64,000 bases of DNA from assembly GCA_037444005.1 (NCBI GenBank), contig JBBING010000003.1, positions 15,006-79,005 on the forward strand, read 5' to 3'. Shown here in pieces: positions 1 to 8,765 of the stretch (the first letter of the stretch is position 1; each line of letters begins with the position of its first letter). This DNA comes from Chloroflexota bacterium. Its GTDB lineage: Bacteria > Chloroflexota > Dehalococcoidia > DSTF01 > JACRBR01. The translations under genes and the position numbers were made by a program. The notes beneath the pieces are model-generated. The model was not told where the DNA came from. It searched no databases and saw only the letters and a list, made by a program, of their open reading frames with translations.

Positions 1-1
1 G

Positions 2-607
2 GCGCAGATCCTCGCGCGGATCCACCGCATCCCGTACGAACGATGGGGGCTCGAAGGCCTCCCCTCTTCTCCTCTGGACCGCTCGCCGGCCGAGGGCGAA
101 CTGGACCGCTATGAGCAGGTCTACCGGGCGATCGCCCTCGAGCCGCATCCGGCGTTCGAGCTGGCGTTTCGTTGGCTGCGGCATCGCCTGCCGAGAGGGG
201 GCGAGCGCGCGCTCGTGCACGGTGACTATCGCATCGGCAACGTCATCTTCGGACCCGAGGGCGTGCGCGCCGTGCTCGACTGGGAGCTGGCGCACATCGG
301 CGACCCTATGGAAGACCTCGGATGGATCTGCGTGCGGTCGTGGCGGTTCGGCGGTCCGTTGCCGGTCGGCGGCATTGGCGAGCGTGAGGCATTCTGGCGC
401 GCGTACGAGGCGGCGGGCGGTTACCCCGTCGACCCCGAGCGCGTCCGCTTCTGGGAGCTCTTCGGCAACCTGCGGTGGGGCATCATTTGCATCTCGCAGG
501 CGCGGACGCATCTCGACGGACGCAGTCCGAGCGTGGAGCTGGCGAGCATCGGGCGTCGCATCTCCGAGACGGAGTGGGAGCTGTTGAATCTGATGGAGGC
601 GGGCTGA
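2..607 (+). CDS. Phosphotransferase (aminoglycoside/choline-kinase APH family), 5'-truncated at window edge
   Basis: Frame-2 ORF runs from the window edge to the TGA at 605-607. It has the HGDYRIGNVIF (Brenner HGD) and DWE motifs typical of the APH/ChoK kinase fold. Confidence 0.8.
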   Translation, partial: AQILARIHRIPYERWGLEGLPSSPLDRSPAEGELDRYEQVYRAIALEPHPAFELAFRWLRHRLPRGGERALVHGDYRIGNVIFGPEGVRAVLDWELAHIGDPMEDLGWICVRSWRFGGPLPVGGIGEREAFWRAYEAAGGYPVDPERVRFWELFGNLRWGIICISQARTHLDGRSPSVELASIGRRISETEWELLNLMEAG

Positions 608-999
608 TGCAGGACCGTCCAACCGCCGTCGAACTACTGAAGGCGGTCGAACGCTTCCTGGACGACGAGATCGTGCCGAACACGCAGGGGACCCGTCAGT
701 TCCACGCGCGCGTCGCGGCCAACGTGATGCGTATCCTCGCGCGGGAGTGGGAGCAGGAGGAGGAGCAGCTCGACGCCGAATGGGCCGGCCTCGATGAGCT
801 GCTGGGAGCGGAGCCGCGTCCACCCTCGCGCCGGTCGCTGCGCGACGCCATCGCGCGGCGCACCGCCATCCTGTGCGAGCGCATCCGCGCGGGCGAAGCG
901 GACGAAGGCCCCTTTCGCGAACAGGTGCTCGCCCATGTGCGCAGGACGGTGCGGGACAAGCTCCTGGTGAACAACCCCGGCTGGCTCGAACAGCCCTGA
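607..999 (+). CDS. Hypothetical protein, translationally coupled to upstream kinase
   Basis: The ATG at 607 overlaps the upstream TGA (ATGA). 130-aa ORF MQDRPTAVELLKAVERFLDDEIVP... with no recognisable catalytic motif. Confidence 0.5.
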   Translation: MQDRPTAVELLKAVERFLDDEIVPNTQGTRQFHARVAANVMRILAREWEQEEEQLDAEWAGLDELLGAEPRPPSRRSLRDAIARRTAILCERIRAGEADEGPFREQVLAHVRRTVRDKLLVNNPGWLEQP

Positions 1000-1005
1000 T
1001 CGGAC

Positions 1006-2301
1006 TCAGAGCGAGCGGATCCGCCGCGAACCGAGGCCGGCGAACCATGCGGCGACGATGGCGGCGCCCGCCATCGTCGCGATGGCGTGCGGCGTGCCGA
1101 TGACCTCGGCGAGCGAGCCCATCGCCAGGCTCCCGAACGGATTGAGCCCTTGCACCATCGTGAAGAGCGAGAGGACGCGGCTGCGGTACTCGTCGTCGAC
1201 GTAGAGCTGGAGCAGCGTCTGGTTGAACGTATTGAAGACGATGAGGTTCATGCCGCCCAGCACCAGCAGTCCGAACGACAGCGGCACGGTGCGAGAGAAC
1301 GAGAAGGCGAGGATCATGCTCATGTAGAGCATGAGGGCGGCGCCCATGATGCGGCCCTTGCGGCGCACATCCGAAAAGCGCGCCACGACGAGCGTCATGG
1401 CAATGGAGCCGACGCCGACGCCCGTCTGGAGGAACCCGAAGCCCCGAGGCCCGAGGCCGAGGTAGTCGGCTGCCATCGAGGGCATGAGCTGGAGGTACGG
1501 GTACACCATCAGCGTCGGCACCGCCTGGAGCAGCACGATGCGCGAAAGCACGGGGTGGCGGCGCAAGTACGACACGCCGAGGCGCACGCTGCGAAACACC
1601 GGTTCGCCCGCCGGACGCTCCGTCGACAGCAGGCGGAGCTGCAGGAGCGTCAGAGTCGCGCTGGCGAAGAACAGCGACTCGGCGAAGAACGACGACTGCA
1701 CGCCGAAGTATCCGATGACCGCGCCGCTCACATTGGGTGCGACCACGCGGGACATGTTGTTCGCGCCCGCGTTGAGGGCAATGGCGTTGGTCAGGTGCTC
1801 AGGCCCCACGGCGCTGTAAACGAGATGCTGACGCACAGGGTTGTACACGCTGCTGGCGAGCCCGCCGACGAACGCCGTGACGTAGAGCTGCCAGACTTCG
1901 ATGACGCCCGCGCTGACCAGCAGCCCCACTGCGAGCGCATTCAGGCCGTTCACGGCCGTCGCCAGCGCGGCGAGCTTCTTGCGGTCCACGCGCTCGGCGA
2001 CGGCACCGATGAAGGGCGACGTGAACAGGATGCAGAATCCCCGAATGAACTGGACTAGGCCGAGCTGAAACGGCGAGCCGGTCACTTCGTGCACGAGCCA
2101 GCCCTGTCCGATCTGCTCCATCCACATTGCGAAGCTGCTGGCGACGGTACCGGAGAACAGGAGGCGGAAATTGGGATTGGCGAGAGAACTGAACGCGCCA
2201 CCTCGCGGGCGAAGCGCAGGGGGCAGCGTCAGCTCGTCCGTCGACGCCTGCGGGGAGGATGTGTGAGCGGAAGACCGGGCCATGGGCGATGCGAAGCCCA
2301 T
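1006..2301 (-). CDS. MFS transporter (EntS/macrolide-efflux-like family)
   Basis: 431-aa ORF with about 12 hydrophobic helices, an N-terminal NPNFRLLFSG motif and a GAVAERVDRKKL loop 2-3 motif. Confidence 0.85.
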   Translation of the reverse strand: MGFASPMARSSAHTSSPQASTDELTLPPALRPRGGAFSSLANPNFRLLFSGTVASSFAMWMEQIGQGWLVHEVTGSPFQLGLVQFIRGFCILFTSPFIGAVAERVDRKKLAALATAVNGLNALAVGLLVSAGVIEVWQLYVTAFVGGLASSVYNPVRQHLVYSAVGPEHLTNAIALNAGANNMSRVVAPNVSGAVIGYFGVQSSFFAESLFFASATLTLLQLRLLSTERPAGEPVFRSVRLGVSYLRRHPVLSRIVLLQAVPTLMVYPYLQLMPSMAADYLGLGPRGFGFLQTGVGVGSIAMTLVVARFSDVRRKGRIMGAALMLYMSMILAFSFSRTVPLSFGLLVLGGMNLIVFNTFNQTLLQLYVDDEYRSRVLSLFTMVQGLNPFGSLAMGSLAEVIGTPHAIATMAGAAIVAAWFAGLGSRRIRSL

Positions 2302-2339
2302 GGTACTCGTTCCCTTAACGTAAACGGAAGGTCAGGACG

Positions 2340-3116
2340 TCACACCCGGGTGGCGTACACGAGCACGCGATAGCTGTAGTCGCGGCCCGACCATACGCCG
2401 CCGCACGTGATCAGCGTCACCGAGTCGACGCCCGTGGCCCGAAGGTACGGCGATGCGTCCTCGTACGGGGAGATGCGATAGATCTGCTGCACGGCGTACA
2501 CCAGCGGGCCGGTCGGCGTGTTCACGATGATCTGGTCGCCGGGGACCAGCGTCTCGATGTAGCCGAAGACGACCTTGCCTATCCGGACGTAGTCGACGTG
2601 GCCGGCGAAGACGGCGTTCCCGCCCTCACCCGGAAAGCCGCCGAGGCCGGGGTGGTTCGGGAAGTCGTACCACACCACATCCCATGGCCCGGAGGGGTTG
2701 GGCATCACGCCGCTGCGGGGCACGGCCCGGGACGACAGCGCGGCGTGTACACCTAGCTTCGGGATGGAGAGGCTGTACCCGGCGATGGAGCGGGCGGTGG
2801 TGACTCCCGGATCGTACGAACCGGAGCTGGAGTATGAGCCCCCGCCTGACGACGTGGTGGCCCCTTGTGGCGGAGGCGGAGGCGCTGGCGTCGGCGTGGG
2901 AGGAACCGGCGTCGGGGTCGGCGACGGGTACGCGAGGTCGCTCGCTGGATAGCCCGAGGCGAACCTGCTCGACGACGCGAACGGGCGCTCCGGCTCGGCG
3001 CCGCCCCGGTTCAGCGTGAACAGCGCGGCGCCCGCGGCGACGGCGACGAGCAGCCCGAGCACAGCGAGGGCCAGCCGGCCCCGGCCCGCGCTGTCGATGA
3101 TGCGTCGAATGGACAT
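2340..3116 (-). CDS. Sortase family protein (class E/F-like) with Pro/Thr-rich linker
   Basis: The C-terminal TLITCGG motif is the sortase active-site Cys, preceded by a His-containing beta-barrel region (AGHVDY). N-terminal TM anchor (LALAVLGLLVAVAAGAALF) followed by a PTPTPVPPTPTPAPPPPP linker. Start taken at MSIRRII. Confidence 0.7.
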   Translation of the reverse strand: MSIRRIIDSAGRGRLALAVLGLLVAVAAGAALFTLNRGGAEPERPFASSSRFASGYPASDLAYPSPTPTPVPPTPTPAPPPPPQGATTSSGGGSYSSSGSYDPGVTTARSIAGYSLSIPKLGVHAALSSRAVPRSGVMPNPSGPWDVVWYDFPNHPGLGGFPGEGGNAVFAGHVDYVRIGKVVFGYIETLVPGDQIIVNTPTGPLVYAVQQIYRISPYEDASPYLRATGVDSVTLITCGGVWSGRDYSYRVLVYATRV

Positions 3117-3225
3117 CGCCTCCTCCCCCGCTGAACTATCGGCTCCCGCGACTGCGATGTTCAGATGTTCAGGAGTATGCCACAAACGGGGACGCTCGTC
3201 GCCTCGTCCCGTGAACGAATCGCCC

Positions 3226-3648
3226 TTACGTCTGGAGGCGGGCGCCGCGAAGTCGGCCCATCAGGGAAACGGCGAGCCCAGCGGCGAGGCCAGTCGGCGC
3301 GCCGAGGAAGACCGCATGCGCGAAGACGAGCGCCGCCGCCCGCGCCGCGGGAGAGTCGAACGACTCGAAGAAGTCGAAGCGTTCGCCGCGCACGGCGTGC
3401 AGCACGACGCTCGCCGCCGCTGAGGTCGCCCACATGAGCGTGCCGAATGCGAGCGCGGCGATAACGGGAACCGCGGGCCGCCGAGCGACCGGAGCGCCGC
3501 GAAGCCACAGGAGGGTCGCCACGGCTGTGGCCACGCCCGCGACCGGCGGCTGGACGAACGGCCAGCGGCCGACGAATTCGGCGGAGAGGGCGAGGCCGAG
3601 AGCGGACGCGAGGGTCAGGGCGAGGGCGAACGCCTGGGTGCGGCCCAT
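3226..3648 (-). CDS. Hypothetical polytopic membrane protein (about 4 TM)
   Basis: 141-aa ORF starting 5 nt after the radical-SAM stop. Hydrophobic helices MGRTQAFALALTLASALGLAL..., no known motif. Confidence 0.5.
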   Translation of the reverse strand: MGRTQAFALALTLASALGLALSAEFVGRWPFVQPPVAGVATAVATLLWLRGAPVARRPAVPVIAALAFGTLMWATSAAASVVLHAVRGERFDFFESFDSPAARAAALVFAHAVFLGAPTGLAAGLAVSLMGRLRGARLQT

Positions 3649-3652
3649 CGCC

Positions 3653-4948
3653 TCAGCGGGCGGGGGCCTGCGCTTCGAAGAGCGCGATGGCTTCGTCGCT
3701 GGTGCGGTACGGGTCGGGCGCGCCGACGCCCGCTTCGCGGGCCGCCGGAGAGACGTAGACGCAGTAGGGTTCGCTCTCGAGGTAGTCGCCGGTGACGCCG
3801 AAGGCGCGCGCGCGCGAGCCGCCGCAGACGTCACGGAAGTCACAGAGGCCGCACTTGCCCTTCAGCTTCGTGTAGTCGCGGAGCTCGCGGAAGAGCGGAG
3901 AGTTGCGATAGATGTCGACGAAGCTCTGGGTGCGGACGTTTCCGGCCGGGATCTGGAGGAAGCCCGAAGGGCAGACGTCGCCGATGTGGCTGATGAACGC
4001 GAAGCCGTTGCCGTCGTTGACGCCCTTCATGGTCGACTGGCCCAGGCCGTCCGCGAAGCTGTAGCCGGCGCCGGTCAGGAACATTGAGCCGCCGGGGCCT
4101 GTCGGCGGTCCGCTCGCCTCGCCGCGGCGGGCGGCCTCCGCCGCCTCCTGGCGCCGTCGCTGGATGACCACCCGACGGTAATGCTGCGCCGCCGTGGAGC
4201 GCACGTCGAACGGCGCCACCTTCGAGAGGTCGTACATCCAATTGAAGACCTGCTCGTGCTCCTCGGGCGAGATCATGTCCTCGTGCGATCCGCGGCCCGT
4301 CGGCACCAGGAAGAAGAAATTGAGCATCACCGCCTTCCGCTCGGCGGCGATTTCGGCGATGCGGTCGAGCTCGTGCAGGTTGTGGCGGCTGACCGTCGTG
4401 CCGATCTGCAGCGACATGCCCAGGTCGGCCAGCATATCCATGATTTCGAGCGTCCGCTTGAAGGACCCAGGCGTCTTGCGGAAGGCGTCATGGCTCTCCG
4501 CCGTGGCGCCGTCGAGCGAAATATGCGTCCGGGTCACACCGGCGTCACGCGCCTTCTTCAGCCGCTCGCGCGTCACCAGCGCCGTCGCGGAGGGCGACAT
4601 CGCGACGCGGAGGCCCGACTGCGTCGCGTACGAGATCAGGTCGAAGAGGTCCGGCCGCATCATCGGGTCGCCGCCGGTGATGATGAGAATCGGGCCGCCG
4701 ATCTCGACGAGCTGGTCGATGAGGCGGAAGCCTTCCTCGGTGGTCAGCTCGCGGGGGTCGCGGCGCGGGATCGCTTCGGCCCTGCAGTGGACGCAGCGGA
4801 GCGCGCAGGCGCGAGTGGTCTCCCACGCGACGGTGAAGGGCGTCTTGTCGAAGTCGACGTCGGCGACCGGCGGTTTCGGGCGCGTCCCTCTGTCCGCGAT
4901 CTCCGAATGTCGCATCGTGGAGTCGACGATGGCGGGCCGGTCAGCCAT
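3653..4948 (-). CDS. Radical SAM / SPASM-domain protein (PqqE/AhbD-like maturase family)
   Basis: CxxxCxxC cluster (TTRACALRCVHC), GGDP glycine-rich SAM motif, and a C-terminal SPASM Cys cluster (GDVCPSGF...CGLCDFRDVCGGSRARAF). Start chosen at MADRPAIV (ATG 4948); an alternative ATG lies at 4915. Confidence 0.85.
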   Translation of the reverse strand: MADRPAIVDSTMRHSEIADRGTRPKPPVADVDFDKTPFTVAWETTRACALRCVHCRAEAIPRRDPRELTTEEGFRLIDQLVEIGGPILIITGGDPMMRPDLFDLISYATQSGLRVAMSPSATALVTRERLKKARDAGVTRTHISLDGATAESHDAFRKTPGSFKRTLEIMDMLADLGMSLQIGTTVSRHNLHELDRIAEIAAERKAVMLNFFFLVPTGRGSHEDMISPEEHEQVFNWMYDLSKVAPFDVRSTAAQHYRRVVIQRRRQEAAEAARRGEASGPPTGPGGSMFLTGAGYSFADGLGQSTMKGVNDGNGFAFISHIGDVCPSGFLQIPAGNVRTQSFVDIYRNSPLFRELRDYTKLKGKCGLCDFRDVCGGSRARAFGVTGDYLESEPYCVYVSPAAREAGVGAPDPYRTSDEAIALFEAQAPAR

Positions 4949-5038
4949 GACACGATCATTATCCGGGAGCCCCGATCCCCGGACAAGGGACGGTGGATAC
5001 AGCCGTCGCCGAGCTTTTCCGTGACTTCGGGTGAGGCT

Positions 5039-5602
5039 ATGCTGGCGACGATGGTGTCGCCACCCGTGAGCCGGGCGCCCGCGTCCCGTACGCCCGAGGC
5101 GGAATCGGATCCCGAATACGAGGCGTTGCTCGCGCTGGCGCGGGTCTGCGCGCGGCGCGGCCCCGACGCGCATCCGCTCGACAAGCTGCAGGATGTCGTC
5201 GACCTGGCGAGAGAGCTGACCGGGGCCCGCTACGCCGCGCTGGCCGTCACGGACGAACGAAACCGCACCGAGGGCTTCGTGGTGTCCGGCCTGGACTCCG
5301 CGACGCTCCGCCGCTTGAAGACGCCTCCACAGGGGCATGGCCCCCTCGGTGTCTTGCGGGCGGACGGCCGTCCGGTGCGATACGACAACCTGGATGCGGT
5401 GCGGAACGCGTTCGGCTTCCCGCCGAAGCACCCCGTGATGCGGACGCTCATGGGAACGCCCATCTGGGTACGCGGGACGGTCCGCGGGAGCCTGTACGTC
5501 ACCGATCGCGACGGCGGGAAGCCGTTCCGAGATCGGGACGAGGCGACGCTACTGACGCTCGCGCGACACGCCGCGAACATCATCGAGCGGGACTGGTACT
5601 GA
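5039..5602 (+). CDS. GAF domain-containing protein (stand-alone)
   Basis: 187-aa ORF with an RBS GGTGAGG before the ATG. GAF-like core (LDKLQDVVDLARELTGARYAALAV ... GSLYVTDR). Divergent from the radical SAM gene. Confidence 0.7.
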   Translation: MLATMVSPPVSRAPASRTPEAESDPEYEALLALARVCARRGPDAHPLDKLQDVVDLARELTGARYAALAVTDERNRTEGFVVSGLDSATLRRLKTPPQGHGPLGVLRADGRPVRYDNLDAVRNAFGFPPKHPVMRTLMGTPIWVRGTVRGSLYVTDRDGGKPFRDRDEATLLTLARHAANIIERDWY

Positions 5603-5605
5603 GCG

Positions 5606-6538
5606 GTGCGCCTGCTGACGTACGCTTCGCCGCGAGGTCCCCGTCTGGGGGCGGTGCTCGATGGCGTTGTGTTCGACCTCGCGGACGAGGCGAACGCGCT
5701 CGGCCTGCCCCCGCTTCCCTCTGACATGCTCGCGTTCATCGAGGCAGGGCTTGGTGCCCTCAGCGCCGCGCGAGCAACCCTCGACGCCGTGCGTGAGGCC
5801 GGCAGGACCGGCGTGCCACTCGAACGCGTACGTCTGCTCGCGCCCATCCCGCGCCCGCGCAAGAACGTGATGTGCGTCGGGTTAAACTACGCTGAGCACG
5901 CGCGGGAGTCGCAAAGCGTGAGCGGACCCGGCCTACCCGAGGTTCCGGTGTTCTTCACGAAGGCGCCGACCTGCGTCATCGGGCCCGACGAACCGATCCC
6001 GTATCCCGAGGGCGTGAGCGAGGCCGTGGACTGGGAGGCGGAGCTAGTCGCGGTCATCGGCCGACGGGTCCGCGACGTGGCGGCGTCGGCTGCGCTCGAG
6101 TGCGTGTTCGGGTACATGGCCGGGAACGACGTGACGGCCCGCGATTTGCAGAGAGCGCACCAGCAGTGGTTCAAGGGCAAGAGCCTCGACGGCTTCTATC
6201 CCCTCGGGCCGTGGATCGTGACCGCAGACGAAATCCCGGACCCGCAATCGCTCCAAATCCGCCTGCGGGTGGACGGCGTGACGAAGCAGGATGCAAGCAC
6301 AGCGGACATGATCACGCCCGTCGCAGGGCTCATCGCGTCGCTGTCGAGAGGGATGACGCTGGAGCCGGGCGACCTTTTGATGACGGGCACGCCGGCGGGT
6401 GTAGGCGTCGGAAGGACGCCGCCGGAGTTCCTGCGGCTGGGAAATGTCGTCGAGGTCGAGATCGAACGCATCGGCGTGTTGCGGAACCGGGTGGAGCTGA
6501 GGCGGGGTCCGGCGCTTTCGAGCGCGTCGGGCGCTTGA
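5606..6538 (+). CDS. Fumarylacetoacetate hydrolase (FAH) family protein
   Basis: GTG start 4 nt after the GAF stop. FAH-fold signatures: KNVMCVGLNYAEHA, DWEAELVAVIG, GDLLMTGTPAGVG. Confidence 0.88.
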   Translation: MRLLTYASPRGPRLGAVLDGVVFDLADEANALGLPPLPSDMLAFIEAGLGALSAARATLDAVREAGRTGVPLERVRLLAPIPRPRKNVMCVGLNYAEHARESQSVSGPGLPEVPVFFTKAPTCVIGPDEPIPYPEGVSEAVDWEAELVAVIGRRVRDVAASAALECVFGYMAGNDVTARDLQRAHQQWFKGKSLDGFYPLGPWIVTADEIPDPQSLQIRLRVDGVTKQDASTADMITPVAGLIASLSRGMTLEPGDLLMTGTPAGVGVGRTPPEFLRLGNVVEVEIERIGVLRNRVELRRGPALSSASGA

Positions 6539-6539
6539 G

Positions 6540-6545
6540 TACAAT
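6540..6545 (+). promoter_or_regulatory. Putative -10 element (TACAAT within GTACAATGGCCGC) upstream of galU
   Basis: TACAAT sits 33 nt upstream of the galU GTG. The same 13-mer recurs at the nfi start. Confidence 0.35.
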
Positions 6546-6578
6546 GGCCGCGCATCGGCCCCTCGGCAGGAGGCGCGC

Positions 6579-7445
6579 GTGAAGGTCCGAAAGGCTGTGG
6601 TGCTCGCCGCCGGGTACGGCACCCGTCTGCTGCCGGCGACCAAGGCGCAACCCAAGGAAGCGCTCCCCCTCGTCGACAAGCCCATCATCCAGTACACGGT
6701 CGAGGAAGCGGTCGAATCGGGCATCACGCACGTCATCATCGTGACCGCGATGGGTAAGCGGGCGATCGAGGATCATTTCGACCGCTCGCTCGAGCTGGAG
6801 ATGGCGCTCCGCGAGAAGGGGGATCTCGAGCGTCTCGCCGAGGTCCAGCGTATCTCCGAGCTGGCCAACATCGTGTACGTGCGCCAGAAGCAGCAGCTTG
6901 GCATCGGCCACGCCGTGCTGCAGACGCGAGACCTCGTGGGCAGCGAGCCCTTCGTCCTCTTCTTCCCCGATGACGTCATCGTGGCCGAGAGGCCGGTGGC
7001 GCTCCAGATGATCGGCGTGTTCAAGGAGTTCGACGGGCCAGTGCTGGGCGTGCAACGGGTGCCCAAAGAGGAGATCTCGCAGTACGGCGTCGTCGAAGGC
7101 GAGCCGGTACGTGAAGGAGTGTGGCGCGTCCGGTCGCTCGTCGAAAAGCCCGACCCCGATGAAGCGCCCTCCGACCTCGGTATCGTCGGCCGCTACGTCC
7201 TGACGCCCGACGTCTTCGACATCATCGAGCGCACCCCTCCCGGAAAAAACGGCGAAATCCAGATCACCGACGCGTTGAACACGCTAGCCGGCCGCCGGCC
7301 GATGTTCGCGTACCAGTTCGAGGGCAAGCGGTACGACACCGGGCGCCCGCTCGGCTTCCTTCAGGCGTCGGTGGAGCTCGCCCTCCGGCGCCCCGACATC
7401 GGGCCGAAGTTTCGCGAATACCTCCGGAACCTGGAGCTCGACTGA
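6579..7445 (+). CDS. galU: UTP--glucose-1-phosphate uridylyltransferase
   Basis: N-terminal KAVVLAAGYGTRLLPATKAQPKE (G-x-G-T-R nucleotidyltransferase motif) with VDKPIIQY and an AGGAGG RBS. The rest of the sequence reads as GalU throughout. Confidence 0.93.
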   Translation: MKVRKAVVLAAGYGTRLLPATKAQPKEALPLVDKPIIQYTVEEAVESGITHVIIVTAMGKRAIEDHFDRSLELEMALREKGDLERLAEVQRISELANIVYVRQKQQLGIGHAVLQTRDLVGSEPFVLFFPDDVIVAERPVALQMIGVFKEFDGPVLGVQRVPKEEISQYGVVEGEPVREGVWRVRSLVEKPDPDEAPSDLGIVGRYVLTPDVFDIIERTPPGKNGEIQITDALNTLAGRRPMFAYQFEGKRYDTGRPLGFLQASVELALRRPDIGPKFREYLRNLELD

Positions 7446-7447
7446 CC

Positions 7448-8752
7448 ATGCGCATCCTGTCCCTGGGGTTCCCGATGCCGGGACCGCGCGTGGACAACTA
7501 CAACTTCCTCAGCGCGCCCACGCTCTCCGACTACGAAGCCGTCGTCGTCGAGCCGGGCAGCTTCTCGCGCGTGGTCGAGGAAGTCGTCGCGGGCGAGGGC
7601 GAGCATCGCACGTTCTTCGATGAGCCCGTCGTGAACGGGACCACGGGACCGGGAGTGGTCGGCCTGGCCGACCTGCTACGGGATCGTCAGCGGCAGACGG
7701 CTCGATTGCTCGCCGGCGGCGGGACCGCGGTCGTGTTCGCGTACCCCGACGTCGTCCACACGAACGTGGCCGGCTTCACCGGATGCGACCGCTACTTCTG
7801 GCTCCCGGCGCCTGCGGGCCTCGCGTGGCGGGAACCCCACCTCGTACGGGCTGCGGGGGATCGCCTGGGCGACGTCGACCGCGACCACCCGTTCGCCGAA
7901 GCGGTCGACGCTATGGCGAAATACGTCGGCTTCCGGGCGGAGTTCACGGGTGAGGCGGTCAAGGCCGGCTCGGGAAAGGTCTTCTCCCGGAGTCCAGGCG
8001 GGAGCGCCATTGGTGTGGAGTTCCCCGTAGCGGGCGGCGTCGTGGTGTTCCTTCCGGCGCTGCGGAAGGCGCCCTCGGCCGACGACCGGTATCGCATTTC
8101 GAACGCGTTGCAGGACGCCATCGCGCGGACGGCCGGCCGGTTGGACGAGGCCGCGCCCGCATGGCTCGGCGACTACCCGCTTCCCGGACTCGCCGACGCG
8201 GAGGCCGAGCTGGCGGAGGCGCGCGTGCGCCTGGAAGAGGCGGCCGCCGAGGTCCGCGAGGCGCAAGCCCGCAAGACCGCGCTCGACCGACGCCGGCGCA
8301 TCCTGTGGCTGGGATCCGGCCCCGCTCTCGTGGACGCGCTCAAGGATGCCCTGAGCGTGCTCGGCTTCACCGTCGCCGGAGGCTTCGGTGAGCCGTTGAC
8401 CGCGACCATCGACGATCAGCGCGTCGCGGTCGAAGCGGCGGCCAGCGATGGCGAGGTCGGGCTGGACCCGCATTACCGGCTGCGCGCCCGGATCGAAGCT
8501 GCTATCGCAGAAGGGAAAGCAGTCCCGCGAGGGGTCGTCTTCGTGAACGGCTACCGGCAGCGGCCGCCCGCCGACCGGCCGACGCAGTACGCGCAGGCGC
8601 TTCGCGTGGCGGCCGAATCCATGCGATACTGCGTCGCGACGACGGACCAGCTCTATCAGGCGGTGCGGAGCGCGATGGAAGGCGAGCAGGGAACCGTCGC
8701 GCGGTTCCGGGAGTTGCTCCTCTCGACGGACGGAGCGCTGCGTCTCGATTGA
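7448..8752 (+). CDS. Conserved hypothetical protein (434 aa; N-domain, coiled-coil, C-domain)
   Basis: The ATG lies 3 nt after the galU stop. It has a central Ala/Glu/Arg-rich predicted coiled coil (EAELAEARVRLEEAAAEVREAQARKTALDRRRR) and no catalytic motif I recognise. Confidence 0.55.
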   Translation: MRILSLGFPMPGPRVDNYNFLSAPTLSDYEAVVVEPGSFSRVVEEVVAGEGEHRTFFDEPVVNGTTGPGVVGLADLLRDRQRQTARLLAGGGTAVVFAYPDVVHTNVAGFTGCDRYFWLPAPAGLAWREPHLVRAAGDRLGDVDRDHPFAEAVDAMAKYVGFRAEFTGEAVKAGSGKVFSRSPGGSAIGVEFPVAGGVVVFLPALRKAPSADDRYRISNALQDAIARTAGRLDEAAPAWLGDYPLPGLADAEAELAEARVRLEEAAAEVREAQARKTALDRRRRILWLGSGPALVDALKDALSVLGFTVAGGFGEPLTATIDDQRVAVEAAASDGEVGLDPHYRLRARIEAAIAEGKAVPRGVVFVNGYRQRPPADRPTQYAQALRVAAESMRYCVATTDQLYQAVRSAMEGEQGTVARFRELLLSTDGALRLD

Positions 8753-8765
8753 CAGGGAGGTGTGC

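Noticed and set aside
1087-2058. 323-aa plus-strand ORF antisense to the MFS transporter
   Set aside because: Arg/Glu/His-rich low-complexity translation typical of the antisense frame in 70% GC DNA. It overlaps a gene with a clear family assignment.
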